In this document: one piece after another, positions 6,682 to 15,528 of the stretch
Numbering within the stretch: the first letter of the stretch is position 1
Layout of the letters: each line of letters starts with the position of its first letter
Assembly: GCA_013360945.1 (NCBI GenBank)
Contig: JABWAQ010000004.1
Coordinates: 2,891 to 34,890, forward strand
DNA: 32,000 bases
Source of the DNA: Candidatus Brocadia sp.
GTDB taxonomy: Bacteria; Planctomycetota; Brocadiia; Brocadiales; Brocadiaceae
Direction of reading: 5' to 3'
Made by a program: the position numbers and the translations under genes
Notes under the pieces: model-generated
Seen by the model: only the letters and a program-made list of their open reading frames with translations
Told to the model about the DNA's origin: nothing
The model's database searches: none

Positions 6682-6954
6682 ATGGATACCTGGTTTTTGT
6701 ATGTGATAAGATGCAAACATGGGAATTTATATACAGGCATTACCACGAACGTGGAAAGACGACTTGCAGAACATACCGGTAACCATAACAAAGGGGCAAA
6801 ATATTTACGGGGAAAGACTCCTCTGACACTGGCAATGAAAAAGAAGATGAAAAGCAAGAGTATGGCGTTACAGATTGAAGCAAAGGTAAAAAAACTACCA
6901 AAAATGAAAAAAGAGCTGTTCGTGGAGGGTAAGATTAAAGTAAAAGAACTATAA
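6682..6954 (+). CDS. GIY-YIG nuclease superfamily protein (UPF0213/YhbQ-like)
   Basis: Shows WFLYVIRCKHGNLYTGITTNVERRLAEHTGNHNKGAKYLRGK. ATG 6682 is preferred over the track's GTG 6673 because AGGTG lies 6 nt upstream. Confidence 0.85.
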   Translation: MDTWFLYVIRCKHGNLYTGITTNVERRLAEHTGNHNKGAKYLRGKTPLTLAMKKKMKSKSMALQIEAKVKKLPKMKKELFVEGKIKVKEL

Positions 6955-7171
6955 AAGAGAATATCGATTAATAAACAAGGAATAATAAATGTTGAAGGAT
7001 AATAAAGTTTCACAATTCAAGATTACTTGTTCGATAGTATCTGACCCGAACTTAATCAAATAAAAGATGATATAGCATTGCGAGTGACGATGAGGCATTG
7101 AAACGATATTGGAGTTCATAAAGAGTATTGATAAACTTTACCGACTCGTTCGGGCTAGGTAGATTTGAAAA

Positions 7172-10100
7172 ATGAATTCCATCGCTTTTATTGATACGGA
7201 GATTGAGCCAAAAAGCCGAAGAATCCTTGACATTGGCGGCATTAATGATCACGGAAATTCTTTTCATTCAAACTCGGTTTCAGGTTTCATTGCCTTTTTG
7301 AAGGACACAAAATTCATTTGCGGTCACAATATTATCAACCACGATTTGAAATATATTCAAAAAGCTATCTGTGAAGCTGGAATAAGTCAGTCAAATATCA
7401 TTGACACATTGTTTCTCTCTCCGCTACTTTTTCCCGCCAGACCGTATCATGCCTTATCGAAAGATGATAAACTGCAAACAGAAGATACAAATAACCCACT
7501 CAATGATTCAATAAAAGCAAAAGACCTTTTCTTTGATGAAGTTTCGGCATTTAATCAGAAAGACGAATCTCTAAAACAAATTCTTTATTTGCTATTGTAT
7601 GGCAAAAAGGAGTTTTGCGCTTTTTTTAACTTCATCGCATACAAGAGCAGCGATTCAATGCTTGAACCTCTTATTCAGGAAAAATTTCACACTGAAATTT
7701 GCAATCAGGCAAAACTAAATGAAATTATTGCACAACACCCGGTTGACTTGGCGTATTGTTTGGCATTAATAGAATGCCGGAACCGATATTCAATTACACC
7801 GCCCTGGGTTCTCAAAAGTTTTCCTGATGTTGAACGGATAATGTTTTTGCTCAGGAACAAACCCTGCGTAAGCGGTTGCGTTTATTGCGACCAGGCACTG
7901 GACATACATAAAGGACTTAAAAGATATTTTGGCTTTGAATCCTTTAGAACGTACGTCCGTCAGCCATTACAGGAGAACGCAGTAAAAGCAGCCGTCGACA
8001 ACAAATCCATTCTGGCTGTCTTCCCTACCGGTGGCGGTAAGTCAATAACATTTCAAGTGCCGGCATTGATGAGTGGAGAGAACACAAAAGGGTTGACCGT
8101 AGTAATTTCTCCTTTGCAGTCATTGATGAAAGACCAGGTGGATAACCTGGAAAAGGTTGGAATCACGGATGCGGTAACGATAAATGGTCTGCTCGACCCG
8201 ATTGAAAGAGGAAAATCCTTTGAAAGAGTTGAAGATGGCTCCGCATCCATTCTTTACATATCGCCCGAATCTTTGCGATCAAAAACCATTGAACGGCTTT
8301 TATTGGGGCGAAATATTGTCCGTTTCGTAATTGATGAAGCACACTGTTTTTCATCGTGGGGACAGGATTTCAGGGTTGATTACTTATACATTGGAGATTT
8401 TATCAAATCGCTTCAGGAGAAAAAAAGGTTTGAAGATGTAATCCCTGTTTCTTGTTTTACTGCAACTGCAAAACGAAAAGTTATTGAGGATATCTGTTCT
8501 TATTTTAAAGAAAAATTATCCATCAATTTGGAAATTTTCAGGGCAAGCGCATCAAGGGCAAACCTACACTACAAAGTATTTCAGAAGGGCAACGAAGAAG
8601 AAAAATACAGTGCTACCAGAGACCTTCTGGAACAAAAAAATTGTCCGTCTATTATTTATGTTTCCAGAACACGAAGGGCATATGAACTTGCGAAAAGATT
8701 AAATGAAGATGGTTTTAGCGCTAAACCTTATCACGGCAAAATGGATGTAAAGGAAAAAACAGAAAACCAAAATGCCTTCATATCGGGTGAAATTCAAATA
8801 ATGGTTGCGACATCCGCTTTTGGAATGGGGGTGGATAAAAAAGATGTTGGAATGGTTATTCATTACGATATTTCCGATTCATTAGAGAACTACATTCAGG
8901 AGGCGGGAAGGGCAGGCAGAGATGAAAATATTACTGCCGATTGTTTTATATTATTCAACGAGGAAGACCTTGTCAAACACTTCATCTTGCTCAATCAAAC
9001 AAAACTTAGCATTAAGGAGATTCAGCAGATTTGGAAAGCGATTAAAGACATTACAAGATTTCGTTCAACGGTATCCACTTCTGCATTGGAAATTGCACGA
9101 AAAGCGGGTTGGGATGATAATATTGCAGAAATAGAAACGCGAGTCAAAACGGCAATTGCTGCGCTTGAAGTTGCCGGCTATTTGAAACGGGGGCAAAACA
9201 TGCCGAGGATTTTTGCTAATAGCATTTTGTCTAAGAATGCTCAGGATGCTATTGACAAAATAAAGCAATCATCAAGGTTTGATGAAAAGCAAAAGGTAAA
9301 TGCTGTAAGAATTATTAAAAAATTATTTTCAAGCAAGAATAGAAAACACTCAAATGATGAAGTCGCTGAATCAAGGGTTGACTATATTTCCGACCATCTT
9401 GGAATAGTAAAAGAGGATGTCATACATGTTATCAGTTTGCTCCGTGAAGAAAAAATATTGGCAGATACAAAAGACTTAACTGCCTTTATAAAAAAAGGGG
9501 AGAACAAAAACCGATCTCTGACTATTGCAGAAACATTCAGCCAGATAGAAATATTTCTTCTGTCGATTTTCGAAGAACAGGAAAAAATATTTCATCTGAA
9601 GGAATTGAATGAGCTGGTTGAGGAGAACGGCTGCAAAAAAGCTTCCCCAAACAATATTAAGACTATAATCAATTTTTGGGCAATTAAAAATTGGATTAAA
9701 CGGCAAAACATGGAATATTCCAATAATCATATTTTGGTTGTTTGTATTCAACCAAAAGAGGTATTAGAAAAGAAAATGGAAAAGAGACATGAGTTGGCAA
9801 TATTTATTGTTGACTATCTCTATGGAAAGATAAACGCTAACATCGATAAAGACGGACCCAAAAAAGAAGAAGTATTAGTAGAGTTTTCGGTATATGAACT
9901 TAAAGAAGCATTCGAAAAAGAGCGTAAATTATTTAAAGTGGAAATTACTATCGAAGATATTGAGGACACTCTTTTCTATTTGTCAAGAATTGATGCGATC
10001 AAAATTGAAGGTGGATTTTTAGTGATATATAATCGGCTTACTATTGACAGAATTGAGCAGAATAATAGATATCATTACAAGAATGATGATTACCAAAAAC

Positions 10101-11977
10101 TACATCAATTTTATGAAAACAAGATACAACAAATCCACATTGTTGGTGAGTATGCCATGAAAATGATTGAAGATTACAAAGGTGCTTTGCAGTTTGTTGA
10201 TGATTATTTCCAGTTAAACTACATGTCTTTTTTAAATAAGTATTTTCCGGGAAGCCGCCAGGATGAAATCAAACGAAATATAACCCCTGCCAAATTCCGT
10301 CAATTGTTTGGTTCATTGTCACCAACGCAATTAGAAATTATTAAGGATAATCAATCTAAACATATTGTTGTTGCGGCTGGACCCGGAAGTGGCAAGACAA
10401 GGGTACTGGTTCACAAATTAGCCTCCCTGCTTTTGATGGAAGATGTAAAGCATGAGCAATTATTAATGGTGACTTTTTCAAGGGCGGCGGCAACAGAATT
10501 TAAAAGGAGATTACTCCAACTCATTGGCAATGCCGCCAACTACATTGAAATAAAAACTTTTCATTCTTACTGTTTTGACTTGTTAGGCAAAGTTGGAAGT
10601 CTGGAGAAGTCAGATGCAATTCTACGGAGCACTATTGAAAAAATTAATAACGGCGAAGTCGAAGCGAACCGAATTACAAAAACGGTACTTGTAATTGATG
10701 AGGCGCAGGACATGGACGCTGACGAATATGCCTTAATAAACGCACTTATGGAACAAAACGAAGATATGAGAGTAATTGCCGTTGGTGATGACGACCAAAA
10801 CATTTACGCTTTCAGAGGTGCGGATTCAAAATATTTAGAGCAGTTTATTACAGAAAAAAAGGCTACAAAATATGAACTCATAGAAAACTACAGGAGCAAA
10901 GGCAATTTGGTTGAATTCACAAATCAATTTGTGAAGAAGATTCACCACCGGTTAAAAACCATCCCAATTTCTGCTAAACAGCAGGACAAAGGAAACATAA
11001 AGATGGTGCGTTACACCAGCAATAATCTCATTACTCCTCTGGTGGAGGATATTCTCTCAACAGAACTTGCAGGAACTACTTGTGTGTTGACAAAAACCAA
11101 TGAGGAAGCGCTACAGGTAACAGGACTACTACTCAAAAATAGATTGCAGGCAAAGTTGATTCAAAGTAACGACGGATTTAGTTTGTATAATCTTTTGGAA
11201 GTACGGTTCTTTCTGAACAAATTAAAGCCGGAAGACGATGTGTTCATAATCAGCGACGAAATCTGGGATAATGCAAAAAGGGAATTCCTAAAAAGGTTTC
11301 AACGGAGCTTAAGAATGGAAGTGTGCGAAAATATCATTAAAAAATTTGAAGCTGCCAATCCAAAGAAAAAACACAAATCCGATTTAGAGGTATTTATCAG
11401 GGAATCCAAACTCGAAGACTTTTTCAGTGAAAATGGTGAAACAATTTTTGTTTCAACAATACATAAAGCAAAAGGAAAAGAGTTTGACAATGTGTATTTA
11501 TTACTTGATAATTTTAATCAGCAAACCGATGATGTGAAGCGACAGTTGTATGTTGCAATGACAAGGGCCAAACAAAACCTGACGATTCATTTAAACGGTA
11601 ATTATCTTGACAATATTGTAACAGATAATTTAGCGAGAGCAGAAGATGGAAAAGCCTATCTGCCGCCAAACCAGATGGCAATGCACTTAACATTCAAAGA
11701 CGTTTGGTTAGATTATTTTATTAACAGACAACACATTATCGAGGAATTTATAAGCGGTGACGTGCTAACAATAGATACGGATGGATGTGCTAATGCCAAA
11801 GGGGAATCAGTACTAAAATATTCTAAACAGTTTCTTGCTACAATAGCTTCTGTACGGCAAGAAGGCTATCAATTAAAAGGGGTGAAAGTAAACTTCGTTA
11901 TTTATTGGAAAAGACCTGCTGAAAAAATTGAATGGAAAATTATTTTACCGGAATTGTATTTTGAAAGACAGCAATAA
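7172..11977 (+). CDS. 1601-aa fusion protein: DEDDh 3'-5' exonuclease + RecQ-family helicase core + UvrD/Rep-family helicase
   Basis: Exonuclease: FIDTE (aa 6-10), GHNIINHD (51-58), HALSKD (93-98). RecQ: PTGGGKS (285-291), VIDEAHC with DEAH (388-391), WGQDFR, ATSAFGMGVDKKDV, QEAGRAGRD. UvrD: AAGPGSGKT (GPGSGKT at 1070-1076), VIDEAQD (DEAQD 1176-1180), VGDDDQNIYAFRGA, NYRS, TIHKAKGKEFD, YVAMTRAK. One uninterrupted frame. Confidence 0.9.
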   Translation: MNSIAFIDTEIEPKSRRILDIGGINDHGNSFHSNSVSGFIAFLKDTKFICGHNIINHDLKYIQKAICEAGISQSNIIDTLFLSPLLFPARPYHALSKDDKLQTEDTNNPLNDSIKAKDLFFDEVSAFNQKDESLKQILYLLLYGKKEFCAFFNFIAYKSSDSMLEPLIQEKFHTEICNQAKLNEIIAQHPVDLAYCLALIECRNRYSITPPWVLKSFPDVERIMFLLRNKPCVSGCVYCDQALDIHKGLKRYFGFESFRTYVRQPLQENAVKAAVDNKSILAVFPTGGGKSITFQVPALMSGENTKGLTVVISPLQSLMKDQVDNLEKVGITDAVTINGLLDPIERGKSFERVEDGSASILYISPESLRSKTIERLLLGRNIVRFVIDEAHCFSSWGQDFRVDYLYIGDFIKSLQEKKRFEDVIPVSCFTATAKRKVIEDICSYFKEKLSINLEIFRASASRANLHYKVFQKGNEEEKYSATRDLLEQKNCPSIIYVSRTRRAYELAKRLNEDGFSAKPYHGKMDVKEKTENQNAFISGEIQIMVATSAFGMGVDKKDVGMVIHYDISDSLENYIQEAGRAGRDENITADCFILFNEEDLVKHFILLNQTKLSIKEIQQIWKAIKDITRFRSTVSTSALEIARKAGWDDNIAEIETRVKTAIAALEVAGYLKRGQNMPRIFANSILSKNAQDAIDKIKQSSRFDEKQKVNAVRIIKKLFSSKNRKHSNDEVAESRVDYISDHLGIVKEDVIHVISLLREEKILADTKDLTAFIKKGENKNRSLTIAETFSQIEIFLLSIFEEQEKIFHLKELNELVEENGCKKASPNNIKTIINFWAIKNWIKRQNMEYSNNHILVVCIQPKEVLEKKMEKRHELAIFIVDYLYGKINANIDKDGPKKEEVLVEFSVYELKEAFEKERKLFKVEITIEDIEDTLFYLSRIDAIKIEGGFLVIYNRLTIDRIEQNNRYHYKNDDYQKLHQFYENKIQQIHIVGEYAMKMIEDYKGALQFVDDYFQLNYMSFLNKYFPGSRQDEIKRNITPAKFRQLFGSLSPTQLEIIKDNQSKHIVVAAGPGSGKTRVLVHKLASLLLMEDVKHEQLLMVTFSRAAATEFKRRLLQLIGNAANYIEIKTFHSYCFDLLGKVGSLEKSDAILRSTIEKINNGEVEANRITKTVLVIDEAQDMDADEYALINALMEQNEDMRVIAVGDDDQNIYAFRGADSKYLEQFITEKKATKYELIENYRSKGNLVEFTNQFVKKIHHRLKTIPISAKQQDKGNIKMVRYTSNNLITPLVEDILSTELAGTTCVLTKTNEEALQVTGLLLKNRLQAKLIQSNDGFSLYNLLEVRFFLNKLKPEDDVFIISDEIWDNAKREFLKRFQRSLRMEVCENIIKKFEAANPKKKHKSDLEVFIRESKLEDFFSENGETIFVSTIHKAKGKEFDNVYLLLDNFNQQTDDVKRQLYVAMTRAKQNLTIHLNGNYLDNIVTDNLARAEDGKAYLPPNQMAMHLTFKDVWLDYFINRQHIIEEFISGDVLTIDTDGCANAKGESVLKYSKQFLATIASVRQEGYQLKGVKVNFVIYWKRPAEKIEWKIILPELYFERQQ

Positions 11978-12021
11978 TTTTGGAAGAATATTTGTGCATT
12001 TTAAACATGGAAATAAATATT

Positions 12022-13800
12022 ATGAACAAGGCCAGAGATCAAATAGAAGAGAAATACAAATGGGATTTGTCTGTTGTATATGCATCAAATAATGCCTGGG
12101 AAGAAGATTTTCTCAGGGTGGAAAAGGGACTCTCGCAGATCCTGGAGTTCAAAGGTTCGCTTGGTGATGCCTGTAAGCTTGAGCAGTTCCTACAGGTTTA
12201 CATTGACCATTCCGTAACCAAAGAAAATTTATACGTGTATGCCCATGTGCGATTTTTTGAGGATACCCGGAACGCCACATACGAAGAGATGAAAGGTCGT
12301 ATCGAACTCCTCGTTTCAAAGATTTCTGCTGAAACCGTGTTCATAAAGAAAGAGTTGTCCTCTTTATCGGAGGACGACATCAACGACATGATCCATGAAA
12401 ATGCTCGGTTGGCAGGGTATCGCTTCTTTCTGCAAAGCTATGCCCGATATAATCCTCATATCCTTTCTGAAGAAACGGAAACGGTCTTAGCGGAACTGGA
12501 AATTGCCCTAAAAAAACCCGATGATGTTTTTTCAGCCTTTCATAATAACAATATTTCATTCGGGGAATTTGAACATAAGGGAGAAAAGATCCGCCTCTCC
12601 CACGCAAGATACGCCCAACTCCTGGAAGTACCCGACCGGGCCCTCCGGCAAAAGGCATTTGAACACTATTACCGGCCTTACCGGCAGCACATTGACGTGC
12701 TGGCAAATACCTATGCAGCGAACGTCCTTGCAAACATTAAGCTGGCAAAGATTCGCAACTATGTCTCTATGCTGGAAATGTCTCTGTTTCCGGATTACGT
12801 GCCAACTACGGTGTTCAGTAATCTCATTGAGGTTGCAAAGGAGAATATTGATTTGATTAGTGAGTTCAATGCCCTGAAGCAGGAAGGACTTGGAATTGAA
12901 GAATTACACTTCTATGATAATTATGTCCCCCTGGTTCGTGAGGTTGACAAGAAATATTCCTATGAAGAGGCAATTGATCTGGTGCGTACGGTGCTTGAAC
13001 CCCTCGGTGCAGCATATCTCAGGAAGTTCGACTCTACGGTTAGCGCACGGGTAATTGATGTATTTGAATCTCCCGGCAAAAGAGCGGGGGCATTCTCCTG
13101 GGGGAGTTATGCGAGCCGGGGATTGATTTTCTTAAATTACACGGAAAAATTCTCTGATGTCTCAACATTTGCGCATGAATTCGGCCATTGCCTGCACCGG
13201 GATTACTCCATTGAAAATCGCCCCTATATCTATTATCAAAATCCCATCTTTCTGGCTGAGATAGCCTCGACGTTCAACGAAGTCTTACTTTCTGATCACA
13301 TGTCAAAGATCGCCGAATCAATTGAGGAGAAGAAGTTCTTTCTGTATCACTCCATGAAACGGATCGAGGCAACCTTCTACCGGCAGACCATGTTCGCAAA
13401 TTTTGAAAAGGAGATTCATGAGATGGCAGAATCCGGCAAGGTCTTAATAGCGAAAAGCATCACCGACGTCTACCGGAAGAATCTTGAAACTTTTCTGGGC
13501 AAGGGAATGGTTATTGATGAGCAGTTAAACTACGAGTGGGCGCGGATTCCTCATTTTTACAATGCCTTTTATGTCTACAAGTATGCTACCAGTCTGTCTG
13601 CAGCAATTGCCCTGGCTGAGTGTGTAATTTCCGGAGAAAAAGGCGCCGTCGAAGGCTATCTTACTTTTTTGAAGGCAGGATCACATAAAGAGCCGCTTGA
13701 AATCCTGAAAGACGCCGGGGTCGACCTTACCGGCAAAGGGGCGTATGAAGTGACGGTTCACAAATTCAGGAAATTGCTGAAAGAATACAAAGCATTATAG
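12022..13800 (+). CDS. pepF: oligoendopeptidase F (M3B family zinc metallopeptidase)
   Basis: Shows HEFGHCLH (HExxH) and N-terminal EEKYKWDL, with a length of about 590 aa. Start taken at ATG 12022 (ATG 12007 is also possible); the track's TTG 11980 is probably an over-extension. Confidence 0.88.
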   Translation: MNKARDQIEEKYKWDLSVVYASNNAWEEDFLRVEKGLSQILEFKGSLGDACKLEQFLQVYIDHSVTKENLYVYAHVRFFEDTRNATYEEMKGRIELLVSKISAETVFIKKELSSLSEDDINDMIHENARLAGYRFFLQSYARYNPHILSEETETVLAELEIALKKPDDVFSAFHNNNISFGEFEHKGEKIRLSHARYAQLLEVPDRALRQKAFEHYYRPYRQHIDVLANTYAANVLANIKLAKIRNYVSMLEMSLFPDYVPTTVFSNLIEVAKENIDLISEFNALKQEGLGIEELHFYDNYVPLVREVDKKYSYEEAIDLVRTVLEPLGAAYLRKFDSTVSARVIDVFESPGKRAGAFSWGSYASRGLIFLNYTEKFSDVSTFAHEFGHCLHRDYSIENRPYIYYQNPIFLAEIASTFNEVLLSDHMSKIAESIEEKKFFLYHSMKRIEATFYRQTMFANFEKEIHEMAESGKVLIAKSITDVYRKNLETFLGKGMVIDEQLNYEWARIPHFYNAFYVYKYATSLSAAIALAECVISGEKGAVEGYLTFLKAGSHKEPLEILKDAGVDLTGKGAYEVTVHKFRKLLKEYKAL

Positions 13801-13878
13801 CGGCCTTAATGAGAAAAGCGAGGTTGAAAGTTGATAGCTGGTGATAGTGCTAAATGGTGGTTTGTAAACTGATACATT

Positions 13879-14041
13879 GTAACTATTCAGTGAAAGCCAA
13901 TAAAGAATATATTTTCTGAATAGTTAAGAACAAATAGGGAAAATGGGCATGCCGGAAAATCTCGAAGGGATGGCATAATTATAGAAAAAAGTACGCCCCA
14001 ATATAAAACCTCGTAGGGGTGAAAATACGCTGAATAGTTAC
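13879..14041. repeat. 163-bp unit bounded by perfect 12-bp inverted repeats, with a third internal copy (MITE-like or binding-site cluster)
   Basis: gtaactattcag (13879-13890) and ctgaatagttac (14030-14041) are exact reverse complements. ctgaatagtta occurs again at 13916-13926, which also forms an 11-bp stem with a 25-nt loop together with the first copy. Confidence 0.5.
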
Positions 14042-14127
14042 TAATTTATACAAAAACCGGGAAAATACTTGCTTTTTTCGGGGAAAGAATAAAGTGAATT
14101 GCTCCAGGTTGTCCGGGATTTGGCATT

Positions 14128-15489
14128 TTAGCAAATTGTTGTGTCATGTTCGTCCTGGATTTCCATAAGCATCCTGGCGCTTTTATCGAGTGGGGTAAGC
14201 TCCCCGATTTCCTTTTTGCTTCCAGCACCAAGCACTTCAAACTTTCGCACAGATGGAAGCACACGTCCTTCGAAGGATGCAACAGCGGAGTTGAATGCTT
14301 CCACGGCCTTCCCAAGAGAACCACCGAGCTTCGTTAAGTGTTCGACCATAGTGGCAATGCGCTCGTGAAGTTCCTGCCCAAGTTCACTAATCTTCCTGGT
14401 ATTCTCAGACATCTGCTCCTGCCGCCAGCCATAGTACACGGCACGCAGGAGCGCAATCAGGGTTGTCGGTGTTGCCAGGATGACCTGCTGTTTAGCGCCC
14501 TCCTCAATCAGTGCGGGATCCAGCTCGAGTGCTGCGCCGAAAAATGCCTCACCTGGCAGAAAAAGGACGACAAATTCCGGCGAAGGTTGAAATTGTTCCC
14601 AATAGGATTTTGCGCTCAGTTTTATCATATGAGACCGAATCTGCTGTGCATGCTCCTTGAGTTTCGATAAACGATCGTCATCGTTTGCAGATTCTAAGGC
14701 ATCAAGATACGCCTGAAGGGGTGTCTTCGCGTCAACAACAATATTTTTACCACCGGGCATCCGCACAAGCAAATCAGGCCGCAAACGGCCATCTTCCGTA
14801 GCTACCGTTTGTTGCCGGTGAAAATCGCAGTATTCCAGCATGCCGGCAATCTCAACTACCCGCTTGAGTTGTATTTCTCCCCAGTGACCGCGCACCGCCG
14901 GTGTCCGAAGGGCCCTGACCAGATTGCCGGTCTCGGACTGTAACTTCTCCTGTGTGTAAATGAGCGACTTGACCTGTTCGGTCAGGCTTCCATACGCCTG
15001 CTGACGTGCTTTTTCTAATTCCTGAATCCGGGTATCCACCTTCTCCAGTGACTGCTTGATGGGTGCGACGAGATGTTCTACGGCCTTCTGCCTCTGCTCA
15101 AGGTCTCCCTTTGCCTCGGTTTGATATTTTTCCAGGGTAATTTTTGCCAGCTCCAGGAAGGATTGGTTGTTGCTTTTCAGCGCTTCTGATGAAAGTGCCT
15201 TAAAGGCATCGCCCAGCTTCAGGGTGGCATCGTTAAGAATATTCAGTTTTTCATAAGCCGCCTTACGCTCGTGTTCGAGTGTGGTCTCCAGCCGCACAAT
15301 CAACTGATTATGCTGAGAAATCGTTTCGTTCTTCAGATCAAGATCGGCCCGTGCGTGTGCCAGATCCTGTTGTATGGTGATACATCGTTCGTTGAGCGTT
15401 GCGATGCGTGCCTTACAGAGCAGCCAGGTGATGGCAGTTCCTGCGAAAACCCCGGTAACTATTGCAATGATTAACCAATGAATTTCCAT
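14128..15489 (-). CDS. rmuC: DNA recombination protein RmuC
   Basis: N-terminal TM helix (WLIIAIVTGVFAGTAITWLL), a long coiled coil, and a C-terminal RmuC-type region (VVDAKTPLQAY, EFVVLFLPGEAFF). Confidence 0.88.
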   Translation of the reverse strand: MEIHWLIIAIVTGVFAGTAITWLLCKARIATLNERCITIQQDLAHARADLDLKNETISQHNQLIVRLETTLEHERKAAYEKLNILNDATLKLGDAFKALSSEALKSNNQSFLELAKITLEKYQTEAKGDLEQRQKAVEHLVAPIKQSLEKVDTRIQELEKARQQAYGSLTEQVKSLIYTQEKLQSETGNLVRALRTPAVRGHWGEIQLKRVVEIAGMLEYCDFHRQQTVATEDGRLRPDLLVRMPGGKNIVVDAKTPLQAYLDALESANDDDRLSKLKEHAQQIRSHMIKLSAKSYWEQFQPSPEFVVLFLPGEAFFGAALELDPALIEEGAKQQVILATPTTLIALLRAVYYGWRQEQMSENTRKISELGQELHERIATMVEHLTKLGGSLGKAVEAFNSAVASFEGRVLPSVRKFEVLGAGSKKEIGELTPLDKSARMLMEIQDEHDTTIC

Positions 15490-15528
15490 AGGAAGCCATC
15501 TTTTAAAAGCAAATTATGGAAATAAGAT

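Noticed and set aside
2784-6960. Integron-like gene cassette array (same-strand small cassettes with recurring junction sequences)
   Set aside because: There is no intI in the window. The recurring segments look like coding remnants rather than attC sites. I could not find the imperfect palindromic R''-L''/L'-R' organisation or GTTRRRY cores at cassette ends.
6627-7013. 128-aa - strand ORF overlapping the GIY-YIG gene
   Set aside because: It is antisense to a gene with a clear GIY-YIG signature. The hydrophobic low-complexity translation is typical of AT-rich shadow frames.
6955-7171. 7-bp inverted pair cccgaac/gttcggg about 100 nt apart upstream of the giant helicase, and a TTGATA hexamer as a possible -35
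   Set aside because: The stem is too short and too widely spaced to be meaningful. No acceptable -10 follows the TTGATA at 16-18 nt.
12198-12856. Alternative-frame ORFs (63-117 aa, both strands) inside pepF
   Set aside because: They lie entirely within a gene that has the HEFGH metallopeptidase motif, and they have no independent support.
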